Assembly: GCA_964016885.1 (NCBI GenBank)
Contig: OZ024742.1
Location: forward strand, 372,496,001-372,560,000
Reading direction: 5' to 3'
Source of the DNA: Eledone cirrhosa
Lineage: Eukaryota
Length of the DNA: 64,000 nucleotides
Below, piece after piece: positions 42,896-58,300 of this stretch (the first letter of the stretch is position 1; the number at the start of each line of letters is the position of its first letter). The notes below the pieces were generated by a model. The model did no database searches, had not been told where the DNA came from, and saw nothing but the letters and a program-made list of their open reading frames with translations. The translations under genes were made by a program, and so were the position numbers.

Positions 42896-45800
42896 CTTTC
42901 TATATAAACTGTAAATTTCATTCTATAAACTGTAAATCTCTTTCTATATAAACTGTAAATCTCATTCTATAAAAACTGTAAATCTTGTTCTATATAAACT
43001 GTAAATCTCATTCTATATAAACTGTAAATCTCTTTCTATATGAACTGTAAATCTCTTTCTATATAAACTCTGAATCTCATTCTATATAAGCTGTAAATCT
43101 CATTCTATGAACTGTAAATCTCTTTCTATAGAAACTGTAAATCTCATTCTATATAAACTGTAAATCTCATTCTATAAACTGTAAATCTCTTTCTATATAA
43201 ACTGTAAATCTCATTCTATATAAACTGTAAATCTCTTTCTATATAAACTGTAAATTTCATTCTATAAACTGTAAATCTCTTTCTATATAAACTGTAAATC
43301 TCATTCTATATAAACTGTGAATCTCATTCTATAAACTGTAAATCCCTCTCTATATAAACTGTAAATATCATTCTATATACACTGTAAATCTCTTTCTATA
43401 TAAACTCTGAATCTCATTCTATATAAGCTGTAAATCTCATTCTATAAACTGTAAATCTCATTCTATGAACTGTATATCTCTTTCAATATAATCTGTAAAT
43501 CTCATTCTATATAAACTGTAAATCTCATTCTATAAACTGTAAATCTCATTCTATATAAACTGTAAATCTCATTCTATAACCTGTAAATCTCTTTCTATAT
43601 AAACTGTAAATCTCATTCTATATAAACTGTAAATCTCTTTCTATATAAACTGTAAATTTCATTCTATAAACTGTAAATCTCTTTCTATATAAACTGTAAA
43701 TCTCATTCTATAAAAACCGTAAATCTCTTTCTATATAAACTGTAAATCTCATTCTATATAAACTGTAAATCTCTTTCTATATGAACTGTAAATCTCTTTC
43801 TATATAAACTCTGAATCTCATTCTATATAAGCTGTAAATCTCATTCTATGAACTGTAAATCTCTTTCTATATAAACTATAAATCTCATTCTATATAAACT
43901 GTAAATCTCATTCTATATAAACTGTAAATCTCTTTCTATATAAACTGTAAAGCTATTCTATAAACTGTAAATCTCTTTCTATATAAACTGTAAATCTCAT
44001 TCTATATAAACTGAAAATCTCTTTCTATATAAACTGTAAATCTCATTCTATATAAACTGTGAATCTCATTCTATAAACTGTAAATCTCTTTCTATATAAA
44101 CTGTAAATATCATTCTATATACACTGTAAATCTCTTTCTATATAAACTGTAAATCTCATTCTATATAAACTGTAAAGCTATTCTATAAACTGTAAATCTC
44201 TTTCTATATAAACTGTAAATCTCGTTCTATATAAGCTGTAAATCTCATTCTATAAACTGTAAATCTCTTTCTACATAAACTGTAAATCTCATTCTATATA
44301 AACTGTAAATCTGTTTCTATATGAACTGTAAATCTCATTCTATATAAATTGTAAATCTCATTCTATAAACTGTGAATCTCATTCTATATAAACTGTAAAT
44401 CTCATTCTATATAAACTGTAAATCTCATTCTATATTAACTGTAAATCTCATTCTATAAACTGTAAATCTCTTTCTATATAAGCTGTAAATCTCATTCTAT
44501 GTAAACTGTAAATCTCATTCTATAAACTGTAAATCTCATTCTATGAACTGTATATCTCTTTCTATATAAACTGTAAATCTCTTTCTATATAAACTGTAAA
44601 TCTCATTCTATAAACTGTAAATCTCTTTCTGTATAAACTGTAAATCTCATTCTATATAAACTGTAAATCTCTTTCTGTATAAACTGTAAATTTCATTCTA
44701 TAAACTGTAAATCTCTTTCTATATAAACTGTAAATCTCATTCTATAAAAACTGTAAATCTCTTTCTATATAAACTGTAAATCTCATTCTATATAAACTGT
44801 AAATCTCTTTCTATATGAACTGTAAATCCCTTTCTATATAAACTCTGAATCTCATTCTATATAAGCTGTAAATCTCATTCTATGAACTGTTAATCTCTTT
44901 CTATATAAACTGTAAATCTCATTCTATATAAACTGTAAATCTCATTCTATAAACTGTAAATCTCTTTCTATATAAACTGTAAATATCATTCTATATAAAC
45001 TGTAAATCTCTTTCTATATAAACTGTAAATTTCATTCTATAAACTGTAAATCTCTTTCTATATAAACTGTAAATCTCATTCTATAAACTGTAGATCTCGT
45101 TCTATATAAACTGTAAATCTCTTTCCATATGAACTGTAAATCTCTTTCTATATAAACTCTGAATCTCATTCTATATAAGCTGTAAATCTCATTCTATGAA
45201 CTGTAAATCTCTTTCTATATAAACTGTAAATCTCATTCTATATAAACTGTAAATCTCAATCTATATAAACTGTGAATCTCATTCTATAAACTGTAAATCT
45301 CTTTCTATATAAACTGTAAATCTCATTCTATATAAACTGTAAATCTCTTTCTATATGAACTGTAAATCTCATTCTATATAAATTGTAAATCTCATTCTAT
45401 AAACTGTGAATCTCATTCTATATAAACTGTAAATGTCATTCTATAAACTGTAAATCTCTTTCTGTATAAACTGTAAATCTCATTCTATATAAACTGTAAA
45501 TCTCTTTCTATATAAACTGTAAATTTCATTCTATAAACTGTAAATCTCTTTCTATATAAATTGTAAATCTCATTCTATATAAACTGTAAATCTCTTTCTA
45601 TATAAACTGTAAATCTCATTCTATATAAACTGTGAATCTCATTCTATAAGCTGTAAATCTCTTTCTATATAAACTGTAAATCTCATTCCATATACACTGT
45701 AAATCTCTTTCTATATAAACTGTAAATCTCATTCTATATAAACTGTAAATCTCATTCTATAAACTGTACATCTCTTTCTATATAAACTGTAAATCTCATT

Positions 45801-46800
45801 CTATATAGACTATATATATCATTCTATAAACTGTAAATCTCATTCTATAAACTGTAAATCTCTTTCTATATAAACTGTAAATCTCATTCTATATAAACTG
45901 TAAATCTAATTCTATATTAACTGTAAATCTGATTCTATAAACTGTAAATCTCTTTCTATATAAACTGTAAATCTCATTCTATATAAACTGTAAATCTCTT
46001 TCTATATAAACTGTAAATCTCATTCTATATAAACTGTAAATCTCATTCTATAAACTGTAAATCTCTTTCTATATAAACTCTTAATCTCATTCTATATAAA
46101 CTGTAAATCTCATTCTATAAACTGTAAATCTAATTCTATATAAACTGTAAATCTCTTTCTATATAACCTGTAAATCTCTTTCTATATAACCTGTAAATCT
46201 CCTTCTATATAAACTGTAAATCTCATGCTATAGACTGTAAATCTCATTCTATATGAACTGTAAATCTCTTTCTATATAAACTGTAAATCTCATTCTATAT
46301 AAACTGTAAATCTCATTCTATATAATCTGTAAATCTCATTCGATAAACTGTAAATCTCTTTTTATATAAACTGTAAATTTCATTCTATAAACTGTAAATC
46401 TCTTTCTATATAAACTGTAAATCTCATTCTATAAAAACTGTAAATCTTGTTCTATATAAACTGTAAATCTCATTCTATATAAATTGTAAATCTCTTTCTA
46501 TATGAACTGTAAATCTCCTTCTATATAAACTCTGAATCTCATTCTATATAAGCTGTAAATCTCATTCTATGAACTGTAAATCTCTTTCTATAGAAACTGT
46601 AAATCTCATTCTATATAAACTGTAAATCTCATTCTATAAACTGTAAATCTCTTTCTATATAAACTATAAATCTCATTCTATATAAACTGTAAATCTCTTT
46701 CTATATAAACTGTAAATTTCATTCTATAAACTGTAAATCTCTTTCTATATAAACTGTAAATCTCATTCTATATAAACTGTAAATCTCATTCTATATAAAC
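39890..46800. repeat. Tandem segmental duplication, period ~3.4-3.5 kb
   Basis: TTTCAATAT 40062/43481 (+3419), AACCGT 40185/43715 (+3530), ATCCC 41297/44826 and AGATCT 41563/45092 (+3529). Confidence 0.8.
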
Positions 46801-49800
46801 TGTAAATCTCATTCTATATAAACTGTGAATCTCATTCTATAAACTGTAAATCTCTTTCTATATAAACTGTAAATATCATTCTATATACACTGTAAATCTC
46901 TTTCTATATAAACTGTAAATCTCATTCTATATAAACTGTAAATCTCATTCTATAAACTGTAAATCTCTTTCTATATAAACTGTAAATCTCGTTCTATATA
47001 AGCTGTAAATCTCATTCTATAAACTGTAAATCTCTTTCTATATAAACTGTAATTCTCATTCTATATAAACTGTATATATCATTCTATAAACTGTAAATCT
47101 CATTCTATAAACTGTAAATCTCTTTCTATATAAATTGTAAATCTCATTCTATATAAACTGTAAATCTCTTTCTATATAAACTGTAAATCTCATTCTATAT
47201 AAACTGTGAATCTCATTCTATAAGCTGTAAATCTCTTTCTATATAAACTGTAAATCTCATTCTATATACACTGTAAATCTCTTTCTATATAAACTGTAAA
47301 TCTCATTCTATATAAACTGTAAATCTCATTCTATAAACTGTACATCTCTTTCTATATAAACTGTAAATCCCATTCTATATAAACTGTATATATCATTCTA
47401 TAAACTGTAAATCTCATTCTATAAACTGTAAATCTCTTTCTATATAAACTGTAAATCTCATTCTATATAAACTGTAAATCTAATTCTATATTAACTGTAA
47501 ATCTGATTCTATAAACTGTAAATCTCTTTCTATATAAACTGTAAATCTCATTCTATATAAACTGTAAATCTCTTTCTATATAAACTGTAAATCTCATTCT
47601 ATATAAACTGTAAATCTCATTCTATAAACTGTAAATCTCTTTCTATATAAACTCTTAATCTCATTCTATATAAACTGTAAATCTCATTCTATAAACTGTA
47701 AATCTAATTCTATATAAACTGTAAATCTCTTTCTATATAACCTGTAAATCTCTTTCTATATAACCTGTAAATCTCCTTCTATATAAACTGTAAATCTCAT
47801 GCTATAGACTGTAAATCTCATTCTATATGAACTGTAAATCTCTTTCGATATAAACTGTAAATCTCATTCTATATAAACTGTAAATCTCATTCTATATAAT
47901 CTGTAAATCTCATTCGATAAACTGTAAATCTCTTTTTATATAAACAGTAAATCTCATTCTATATAAACTGGAAATCTCTTTCTATGAACTGTAAATCTCT
48001 TTCTATATAAACTGTAAATTTCATTCTATAAACTGTAAATCTCTTTCTATATAAACTGTAAATCTCATTCTATAAAAACTGTAAATCTTGTTCTATATAA
48101 ACTGTAAATCTCATTCTATATAAACTGTAAATCTCTTTCTATATGAACTGTAAATCTCCTTCTATATAAACTCTGAATCTCATTCTATATAAGCTGTAAA
48201 TCTCATTCTATGAACTGTAAATCTCTTTCTATAGAAACTGTAAATCTCATTCTATATAAACTGTAAATCTCATTCTATAAACTGTAAATCTCTTTCTATA
48301 TAAACTGTAAATCTCATTCTATATAAACTGTAAATCTCTTTCTATATAAACTGTAAATTTCATTCTATAAACTGTAAATCTCTTTCTATATAAACTGTAA
48401 ATCTCATTCTATATAAACTGTAAATCTCGTTCTATATAAACTGTAAATCTCATTCTATATAAACTGTGAATCTCATTCTATAAACTGTAAATCTCTTTCT
48501 ATATAAACTGTAAATATCATTCTATATACACTGTAAATCTCTTTCTATATAAACTGTAAATCTCATTCTATATAAACTGTAAATCTCATTCTATAAACTG
48601 TAAATCTCTTTCTATATAAACTGTAAATCTCGTTCTATATAAGCTGTAAATCTCATTCTATATAAACTGTAAATCTCTTTCTATATAAACTGTAAATTTC
48701 ATTCTATAAACTGTAAATCTCTTTCTATATAAACTGTAAATCTCATTCTATAAACTGTAGATCTCGTTCTATATAAACTGTAAATCTCTTTCCATATGAA
48801 CTGTAAATCTCTTTCTATATAAACTCTGAATCTCATTCTATATAAGCTGTAAATCTCATTCTATGAACTGTAAATCTCTTTCTATATAAACTGTAAATCT
48901 CATTCTATATAAACTGTAAATCTCAATCTATATAAACTGTGAATCTCATTCTATAAACTGTAAATCTCTTTCTATATAAACTGTAAATCTCATTCTATAT
49001 AAACTGTAAATCTCTTTCTATATGAACTGTAAATCTCATTCTATATAAATTGTAAATCTCATTCTATAAACTGTGAATCTCATTCTATATAAACTGTAAA
49101 TGTCATTCTATAAACTGTAAATCTCTTTCTGTATAAACTGTAAATCTCATTCTATATAAACTGTAAATCTCTTTCTATATAAACTGTAAATTTCATTCTA
49201 TAAACTGTAAATCTCTTTCTATATAAATTGTAAATCTCATTCTATATAAACTGTAAATCTCTTTCTATATAAACTGTAAATCTCATTCTATATAAACTGT
49301 GAATCTCATTCTATAAGCTGTAAATCTCTTTCTATATAAACTGTAAATCTCATTCTATATACACTGTAAATCTCTTTCTATATAAACTGTAAATCTCATT
49401 CTATATAAACTGTAAATCGCATTCTATAAACTGTACATCTCTTTCTATATAAACTGTAAATCTCATTCTATATAGACTGTATATATCATTCTATAAACTG
49501 TAAATCTCATTCTATAAACTGTAAATCTCTTTCTATATAAACTGTAAATCTCATTCTATATAAACTGTAAATCTAATTCTATATTAACTGTAAATCTGAT
49601 TCTATAAACTGTAAATCTCTTTCTATATAAACTGTAAATCTCATTCTATATAAACTGTAAATCTCTTTCTATATAAACTGTAAATCTCATTCTATATAAA
49701 CTGTAAATCTCATTCTATAAACTGTAAATCTCTTTCTATATAAACTCTTAATCTCATTCTATATAAACTGTAAATCTCATTCTATAAACTGTAAATCTAA

Positions 49801-52395
49801 TTCTATATAAACTGTAAATCTCTTTCTATATAACCTGTAAATCTCTTTCTATATAACCTGTAAATCTCCTTCTATATAAACTGTAAATCTCATGCTATAG
49901 ACTGTAAATCTCATTCTATATGAACTGTAAATCTCTTTCTATATAAACTGTAAATCTCATTCTATATAAACTGTAAATCTCATTCTATATAATCTGTAAA
50001 TCTCATTCGATAAACTGTAAATCTCTTTTTATATAAACAGTAAATCTCATTCTATATAAACTGGAAATCTCTTTCTATGAACTGTAAATCTCTTTCTATA
50101 TAAACTGTAAATTTCATTCTATAAACTGTAAATCTCTTTCTATATAAACTGTAAATCTCATTCTATAAAAACTGTAAATCTTGTTCTATATAAACTGTAA
50201 ATCTCATTCTATATAAATTGTAAATCTCTTTCTATATGAACTGTAAATCTCCTTCTATATAAACTCTGAATCTCATTCTATATAAGCTGTAAATCTCATT
50301 CTATGAACTGTAAATCTCTTTCTATAGAAACTGTAAATCTCATTCTATATAAACTGTAAATCTCATTCTATAAACTGTAAATCTCTTTCTATATAAACTA
50401 TAAATCTCATTCTATATAAACTGTAAATCTCTTTCTATATAAACTGTAAATTTCATTCTATAAACTGTAAATCTCTTTCTATATAAACTGTAAATCTCAT
50501 TCTATATAAACTGTAAATCTCATTCTATATAAACTGTAAATCTCATTCTATATAAACTGTGAATCTCATTCTATAAACTGTAAATCTCTTTCTATATAAA
50601 CTGTAAATATCATTCTATATACACTGTAAATCTCTTTCTATATAAACTGTAAATCTCATTCTATATAAACTGTAAATCTCATTCTATAAACTGTAAATCT
50701 CTTTCTATATAAACTGTAAATCTCGTTCTATATAAGCTGTAAATCTCATTCTATAAACTGTAAATCTCTTTCTATATAAACTGTAAATCTCATTCTATAT
50801 AAACTGTATATATCATTCTATAAACTGTAAATCTCATTCTATAAACTGTAAATCTCTTTCTATATAAATTGTAAATCTCATTCTATATAAACTGTAAATC
50901 TCTTTCTATATAAACTGTAAATCTCATTCTATATAAACTGTGAATCTCATTCTATAAGCTGTAAATCTCTTTCTATATAAACTGTAAATCTCATTCTATA
51001 TACACTGTAAATCTCTTTCTATATAAACTGTAAATCTCATTCTATATAAACTGTAAATCTCATTCTATAAACTGTACATCTCTTTCTATATAAACTGTAA
51101 ATCTCATTCTATATAAACTGTATATATCATTCTATAAACTGTAAATCTCATTCTATAAACTGTAAATCTCTTTCTATATAAACTGTAAATCTCATTCTAT
51201 ATAAACTGTAAATCTAATTCTATATTAACTGTAAATCTGATTCTATAAACTGTAAATCTCTTTCTATATAAACTGTAAATCTCATTCTATATAAACTGTA
51301 AATCTCTTTCTATATAAACTGTAAATCTCATTCTATATAAACTGTAAATCTCATTCTATAAACTGTAAATCTCTTTCTATATAAACTCTTAATCTCATTC
51401 TATATAAACTGTAAATCTCATTCTATAAACTGTAAATCTAATTCTATATAAACTGTAAATCTCTTTCTATATAACCTGTAAATCTCTTTCTATATAACCT
51501 GTAAATCTCCTTCTATATAAACTGTAAATCTCATGCTATAGACTGTAAATCTCATTCTATATGAACTGTAAAACTCTTTCTATATAAACTGTAAATCTCA
51601 TTCTATATAAACTGTAAATCTCATTCTATATAATCTGTAAATCTCATTCGATAAACTGTAAATCTCTTTTTATATAAACAGTAAATCTCATTCTATATAA
51701 ACTGGAAATCTCTTTCTATGAACTGTAAATCTCTTTCTATATAAACTGTAAATTTCATTCTATAAACTGTAAATCTCTTTCTATATAAACTGTAAATCTC
51801 ATTCTATAAAAACTGTAAATCTTGTTCTATATAAACTGTAAATCTCATTCTATATAAACTGTAAATCTCTTTCTATATGAACTGTAAATCTCCTTCTATA
51901 TAAACTCTGAATCTCATTCTATATAAGCTGTAAATCTCATTCTATGAACTGTAAATCTCTTTCTATAGAAACTGTAAATCTCATTCTATATAAACTGTAA
52001 ATCTCATTCTATAAACTGTAAATCTCTTTCTATATAAACTGTAAATCTCATTCTATATAAACTGTAAATCTCTTTCTATATAAACTGTAAATTTCATTCT
52101 ATAAACTGTAAATCTCTTTCTATATAAACTGTAAATCTCATTCTATATAAACTGTAAATCTCGTTCTATATAAACTGTAAATCTCATTCTATATAAACTG
52201 TGAATCTCATTCTATAAACTGTAAATCTCTTTCTATATAAACTGTAAATATCATTCTATATACACTGTAAATCTCTTTCTATATAAACTGTAAATCTCAT
52301 TCTATATAAACTGTAAATCTCATTCTATAAACTGTAAATCTCTTTCTATATAAACTGTAAATCTCGTTCTATATAAGCTGTAAATCTCATTCTAT
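44985..52395. repeat. Tandem duplication, period 3734 bp (3667 upstream of a 67-bp deletion at ~46370), each copy containing a 1641-bp internal duplication
   Basis: +3667: GTAGAT 45090/48757, AAATGTC 45431/49098. +3734: ACTATAAA 46663/50397. AATCTTG markers at 46443, 48084, 50177 and 51818 (spacings 1641, 2093, 1641). Confidence 0.85.
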
Positions 52396-55300
52396 AAACT
52401 GTAAATCTCTTTCTATATAAACTGTAAATCTCATTCTATATAAACTGTATATATCATTCTATAAACTGTAAATCTCATTCTATATAAACTGTAAATCTCT
52501 TTCTATATGAACTGTAAATCTCATTCTACATACATTGTAAATCTAATTCTATAAACTGTGAATCTCATTCTATATAAACTGTAAATCTCATTCTATAAAC
52601 TGTAAATCTCATTCTATATAAACTGTAAATCTCATTCTATAAACTGTAAATCTCTTTCTGTATAAACTGTAAATCTCATTGTATATAAACTGTAAATCTC
52701 TTTCTATATAAACTGTAAATTTCATTCTATAATCTGTAAATCTCTTTCTATATAAACTGTAAATCTCATTCTATATAAACTGTAAATCTCTTTCTATATA
52801 AACTGTAAATCTCATTCTATATAAACTGTGAATCTCATTCTATAAGCTGTAAATCTCTTTCTATATAAACTGTAAATCTCATTCTATATACACTGTAAAT
52901 CTCTTTCTATATAAACTGTAAATCTCATTCTATATAAACTGTAAATCTCATTCTATAAGCTGTAAATCTCTTTCTATATAAACTGTAAATCTCATTCTAT
53001 ATAAACTGTAAATCTCTTTCTATATAAACTGTGAATCTCTTTCTATATAAACTGTAAATCTCATTCTATATAAACTGTATATATCATTCTATAAACTGTA
53101 AATCTCATTCTATAAACTGTAAATCTCTTTCTATATAAACTGTAAATCTCATTCTATATAAACTGTAAATCTCATTCTATAAACTGTAAATCTCTTTCCA
53201 TATAAACTGTAAATCTAATTCTATATTAACTGTAAATCTGATTCTATAAACTGTAAATCTCTTTCTATATAAACTGTAAATCTCATTCTATATAAACTGT
53301 AAATCTCTTTCTATATAAACTGTTAATCTCAATCTATATAAACTGTAAATCTCATTCTATAAACTGTAAATCTCTTTCTATATAAACTCTTAATCTCATT
53401 CTATATACACTGTAAATCTCTTTCTATATAAACTGTAAATCTCATTCTATATAAACTGTAAATCTCATTCTATAAACTGTACATCTCTTTCTATATAAAC
53501 TGTAAATCTCATTCTATATAGACTGTATATATCATTCTATAAACTGTAAATCTCATTCTATAAACTGTAAATCTCTTTCTATATAAACTGTAAATCTCAT
53601 TCTATATAAACTGTAAATCTAATTCTATATTAACTGTAAATCTGATTCTATAAACTGTAAATCTCTTTCTATATAAACTGTAAATCTCATTCTATATAAA
53701 CTGTAAATCTCTTTCTATATAAACTGTAAATCTCGTTCTATATAAGCTGTAAATCTCATTCTATAAACTGTAAATCTCTTTCTATATAAACTGTAAATCT
53801 CATTCTATATAAACTGTATATATCATTCTATAAACTGTAAATCTCATTCTATAAACTGTAAATCTCTTTCTATATAAATTGTAAATCTCATTCTATATAA
53901 ACTGTAAATCTCTTTCTATATAAACTGTAAATCTCATTCTATATAAACTGTGAATCTCATTCTATAAGCTGTAAATCTCTTTCTATATAAACTGTAAATC
54001 TCATTCTATATACACTGTAAATCTCTTTCTATATAAACTGTAAATCTCATTCTATATAAACTGTAAATCTCATTCTATAAACTGTACATCTCTTTCTATA
54101 TAAACTGTAAATCTCATTCTATATAAACTGTATATATCATTCTATAAACTGTAAATCTCATTCTATAAACTGTAAATCTCTTTCTATATAAACTGTAAAT
54201 CTCATTCTATATAAACTGTAAATCTAATTCTATATTAACTGTAAATCTGATTCTATAAACTGTAAATCTCTTTCTATATAAACTGTAAATCTCATTCTAT
54301 ATAAACTGTAAATCTCTTTCTATATAAACTGTAAATCTCATTCTATATAAACTGTAAATCTCATTCTATAAACTGTAAATCTCTTTCTATATAAACTCTT
54401 AATCTCATTCTATATAAACTGTAAATCTCATTCTATAAACTGTAAATCTAATTCTATATAAACTGTAAATCTCTTTCTATATAACCTGTAAATCTCTTTC
54501 TATATAACCTGTAAATCTCCTTCTATATAAACTGTAAATCTCATGCTATAGACTGTAAATCTCATTCTATATGAACTGTAAATCTCTTTCTATATAAACT
54601 GTAAATCTCATTCTATATAAACTGTAAATCTCATTCTATATAATCTGTAAATCTCATTCGATAAACTGTAAATCTCTTTTTATATAAACAGTAAATCTCA
54701 TTCTATATAAACTGGAAATCTCTTTCTATGAACTGTAAATCTCTTTCTATATAAACTGTAAATTTCATTCTATAAACTGTAAATCTCTTTCTATATAAAC
54801 TGTAAATCTCATTCTATAAAAACTGTAAATCTTGTTCTATATAAACTGTAAATCTCATTCTATATAAACTGTAAATCTCTTTCTATATGAACTGTAAATC
54901 TCCTTCTATATAAACTCTGAATCTCATTCTATATAAGCTGTAAATCTCATTCTATGAACTGTAAATCTCTTTCTATAGAAACTGTAAATCTCATTCTATA
55001 TAAACTGTAAATCTCATTCTATAAACTGTAAATCTCTTTCTATATAAACTGTAAATCTCATTCTATATAAACTGTAAATCTCTTTCTATATAAACTGTAA
55101 ATTTCATTCTATAAACTGTAAATCTCTTTCTATATAAACTGTAAATCTCATTCTATATAAACTGTAAATCTCGTTCTATATAAACTGTAAATCTCATTCT
55201 ATATAAACTGTGAATCTCATTCTATAAACTGTAAATCTCTTTCTATATAAACTGTAAATATCATTCTATATACACTGTAAATCTCTTTCTATATAAACTG

Positions 55301-58300
55301 TAAATCTCATTCTATATAAACTGTAAATCTCATTCTATAAACTGTAAATCTCTTTCTATATAAACTGTAAATCTCGTTCTATATAAGCTGTAAATCTCAT
55401 TCTATATAAACTGTAAATCTCTTTCTATATAAACTGTAAATTTCATTCTATAAACTGTAAATCTCTTTCTATATAAACTGTAAATCTCATTCTATAAACT
55501 GTAGATCTCGTTCTATATAAACTGTAAATCTCTTTCCATATGAACTGTAAATCTCTTTCTATATAAACTCTGAATCTCATTCTATATAAGCTGTAAATCT
55601 CATTCTATGAACTGTAAATCTCTTTCTATATAAACTGTAAATCTCATTCTATATAAACTGTAAATCTCAATCTATATAAACTGTGAATCTCATTCTATAA
55701 ACTGTAAATCTCTTTCTATATAAACTGTAAATCTCATTCTATATAAACTGTAAATCTCTTTCTATATGAACTGTAAATCTCATTCTATATAAATTGTAAA
55801 TCTCATTCTATAAACTGTGAATCTCATTCTATATAAACTGTAAATGTCATTCTATAAACTGTAAATCTCTTTCTGTATAAACTGTAAATCTCATTCTATA
55901 TAAACTGTAAATCTCTTTCTATATAAACTGTAAATTTCATTCTATAAACTGTAAATCTCTTTCTATATAAATTGTAAATCTCATTCTATATAAACTGTAA
56001 ATCTCTTTCTATATAAACTGTAAATCTCATTCTATATAAACTGTGAATCTCATTCTATAAGCTGTAAATCTCTTTCTATATAAACTGTAAATCTCATTCT
56101 ATATACACTGTAAATCTCTTTCTATATAAACTGTAAATCTCATTCTATATAAACTGTAAATCTCATTCTATAAACTGTACATCTCTTTCTATATAAACTG
56201 TAAATCTCATTCTATATAGACTGTATATATCATTCTATAAACTGTAAATCTCATTCTATAAACTGTAAATCTCTTTCTATATAAACTGTAAATCTCATTC
56301 TATATAAACTGTAAATCTAATTCTATATTAACTGTAAATCTGATTCTATAAACTGTAAATCTCTTTCTATATAAACTGTAAATCTCATTCTATATAAACT
56401 GTAAATCTCTTTCTATATAAACTGTAAATCTCATTCTATATAAACTGTAAATCTCATTCTATAAACTGTAAATCTCTTTCTATATAAACTCTTAATCTCA
56501 TTCTATATAAACTGTAAATCTCATTCTATAAACTGTAAATCTAATTCTATATAAACTGTAAATCTCTTTCTATATAACCTGTAAATCTCTTTCTATATAA
56601 CCTGTAAATCTCCTTCTATATAAACTGTAAATCTCATGCTATAGACTGTAAATCTCATTCTATATGAACTGTAAATCTCTTTCTATATAAACTGTAAATC
56701 TCATTCTATATAAACTGTAAATCTCATTCTATATAATCTGTAAATCTCATTCGATAAACTGTAAATCTCTTTTTATATAAACAGTAAATCTCATTCTATA
56801 TAAACTGGAAATCTCTTTCTATGAACTGTAAATCTCTTTCTATATAAACTGTAAATTTCATTCTATAAACTGTAAATCTCTTTCTATATAAACTGTAAAT
56901 CTCATTCTATAAAAACTGTAAATCTTGTTCTATATAAACTGTAAATCTCATTCTATATAAATTGTAAATCTCTTTCTATATGAACTGTAAATCTCCTTCT
57001 ATATAAACTCTGAATCTCATTCTATATAAGCTGTAAATCTCATTCTATGAACTGTAAATCTCTTTCTATAGAAACTGTAAATCTCATTCTATATAAACTG
57101 TAAATCTCATTCTATAAACTGTAAATCTCTTTCTATATAAACTATAAATCTCATTCTATATAAACTGTAAATCTCTTTCTATATAAACTGTAAATTTCAT
57201 TCTATAAACTGTAAATCTCTTTCTATATAAACTGTAAATCTCATTCTATATAAACTGTAAATCTCATTCTATATAAACTGTAAATCTCATTCTATATAAA
57301 CTGTGAATCTCATTCTATAAACTGTAAATCTCTTTCTATATAAACTGTAAATATCATTCTATATACACTGTAAATCTCTTTCTATATAAACTGTAAATCT
57401 CATTCTATATAAACTGTAAATCTCATTCTATAAACTGTAAATCTCTTTCTATATAAACTGTAAATCTCGTTCTATATAAGCTGTAAATCTCATTCTATAA
57501 ACTGTAAATCTCTTTCTATATAAACTGTAAATCTCATTCTATATAAACTGTATATATCATTCTATAAACTGTAAATCTCATTCTATAAACTGTAAATCTC
57601 TTTCTATATAAATTGTAAATCTCATTCTATATAAACTGTAAATCTCTTTCTATATAAACTGTAAATCTCATTCTATATAAACTGTGAATCTCATTCTATA
57701 AGCTGTAAATCTCTTTCTATATAAACTGTAAATCTCATTCTATATACACTGTAAATCTCTTTCTATATAAACTGTAAATCTCATTCTATATAAACTGTAA
57801 ATCTCATTCTATAAACTGTACATCTCTTTCTATATAAACTGTAAATCTCATTCTATATAAACTGTATATATCATTCTATAAACTGTAAATCTCATTCTAT
57901 AAACTGTAAATCTCTTTCTATATAAACTGTAAATCTCATTCTATATAAACTGTAAATCTAATTCTATATTAACTGTAAATCTGATTCTATAAACTGTAAA
58001 TCTCTTTCTATATAAACTGTAAATCTCATTCTATATAAACTGTAAATCTCTTTCTATATAAACTGTAAATCTCATTCTATATAAACTGTAAATCTCATTC
58101 TATAAACTGTAAATCTCTTTCTATATAAACTCTTAATCTCATTCTATATAAACTGTAAATCTCATTCTATAAACTGTAAATCTAATTCTATATAAACTGT
58201 AAATCTCTTTCTATATAACCTGTAAATCTCTTTCTATATAACCTGTAAATCTCCTTCTATATAAACTGTAAATCTCATGCTATAGACTGTAAATCTCATT

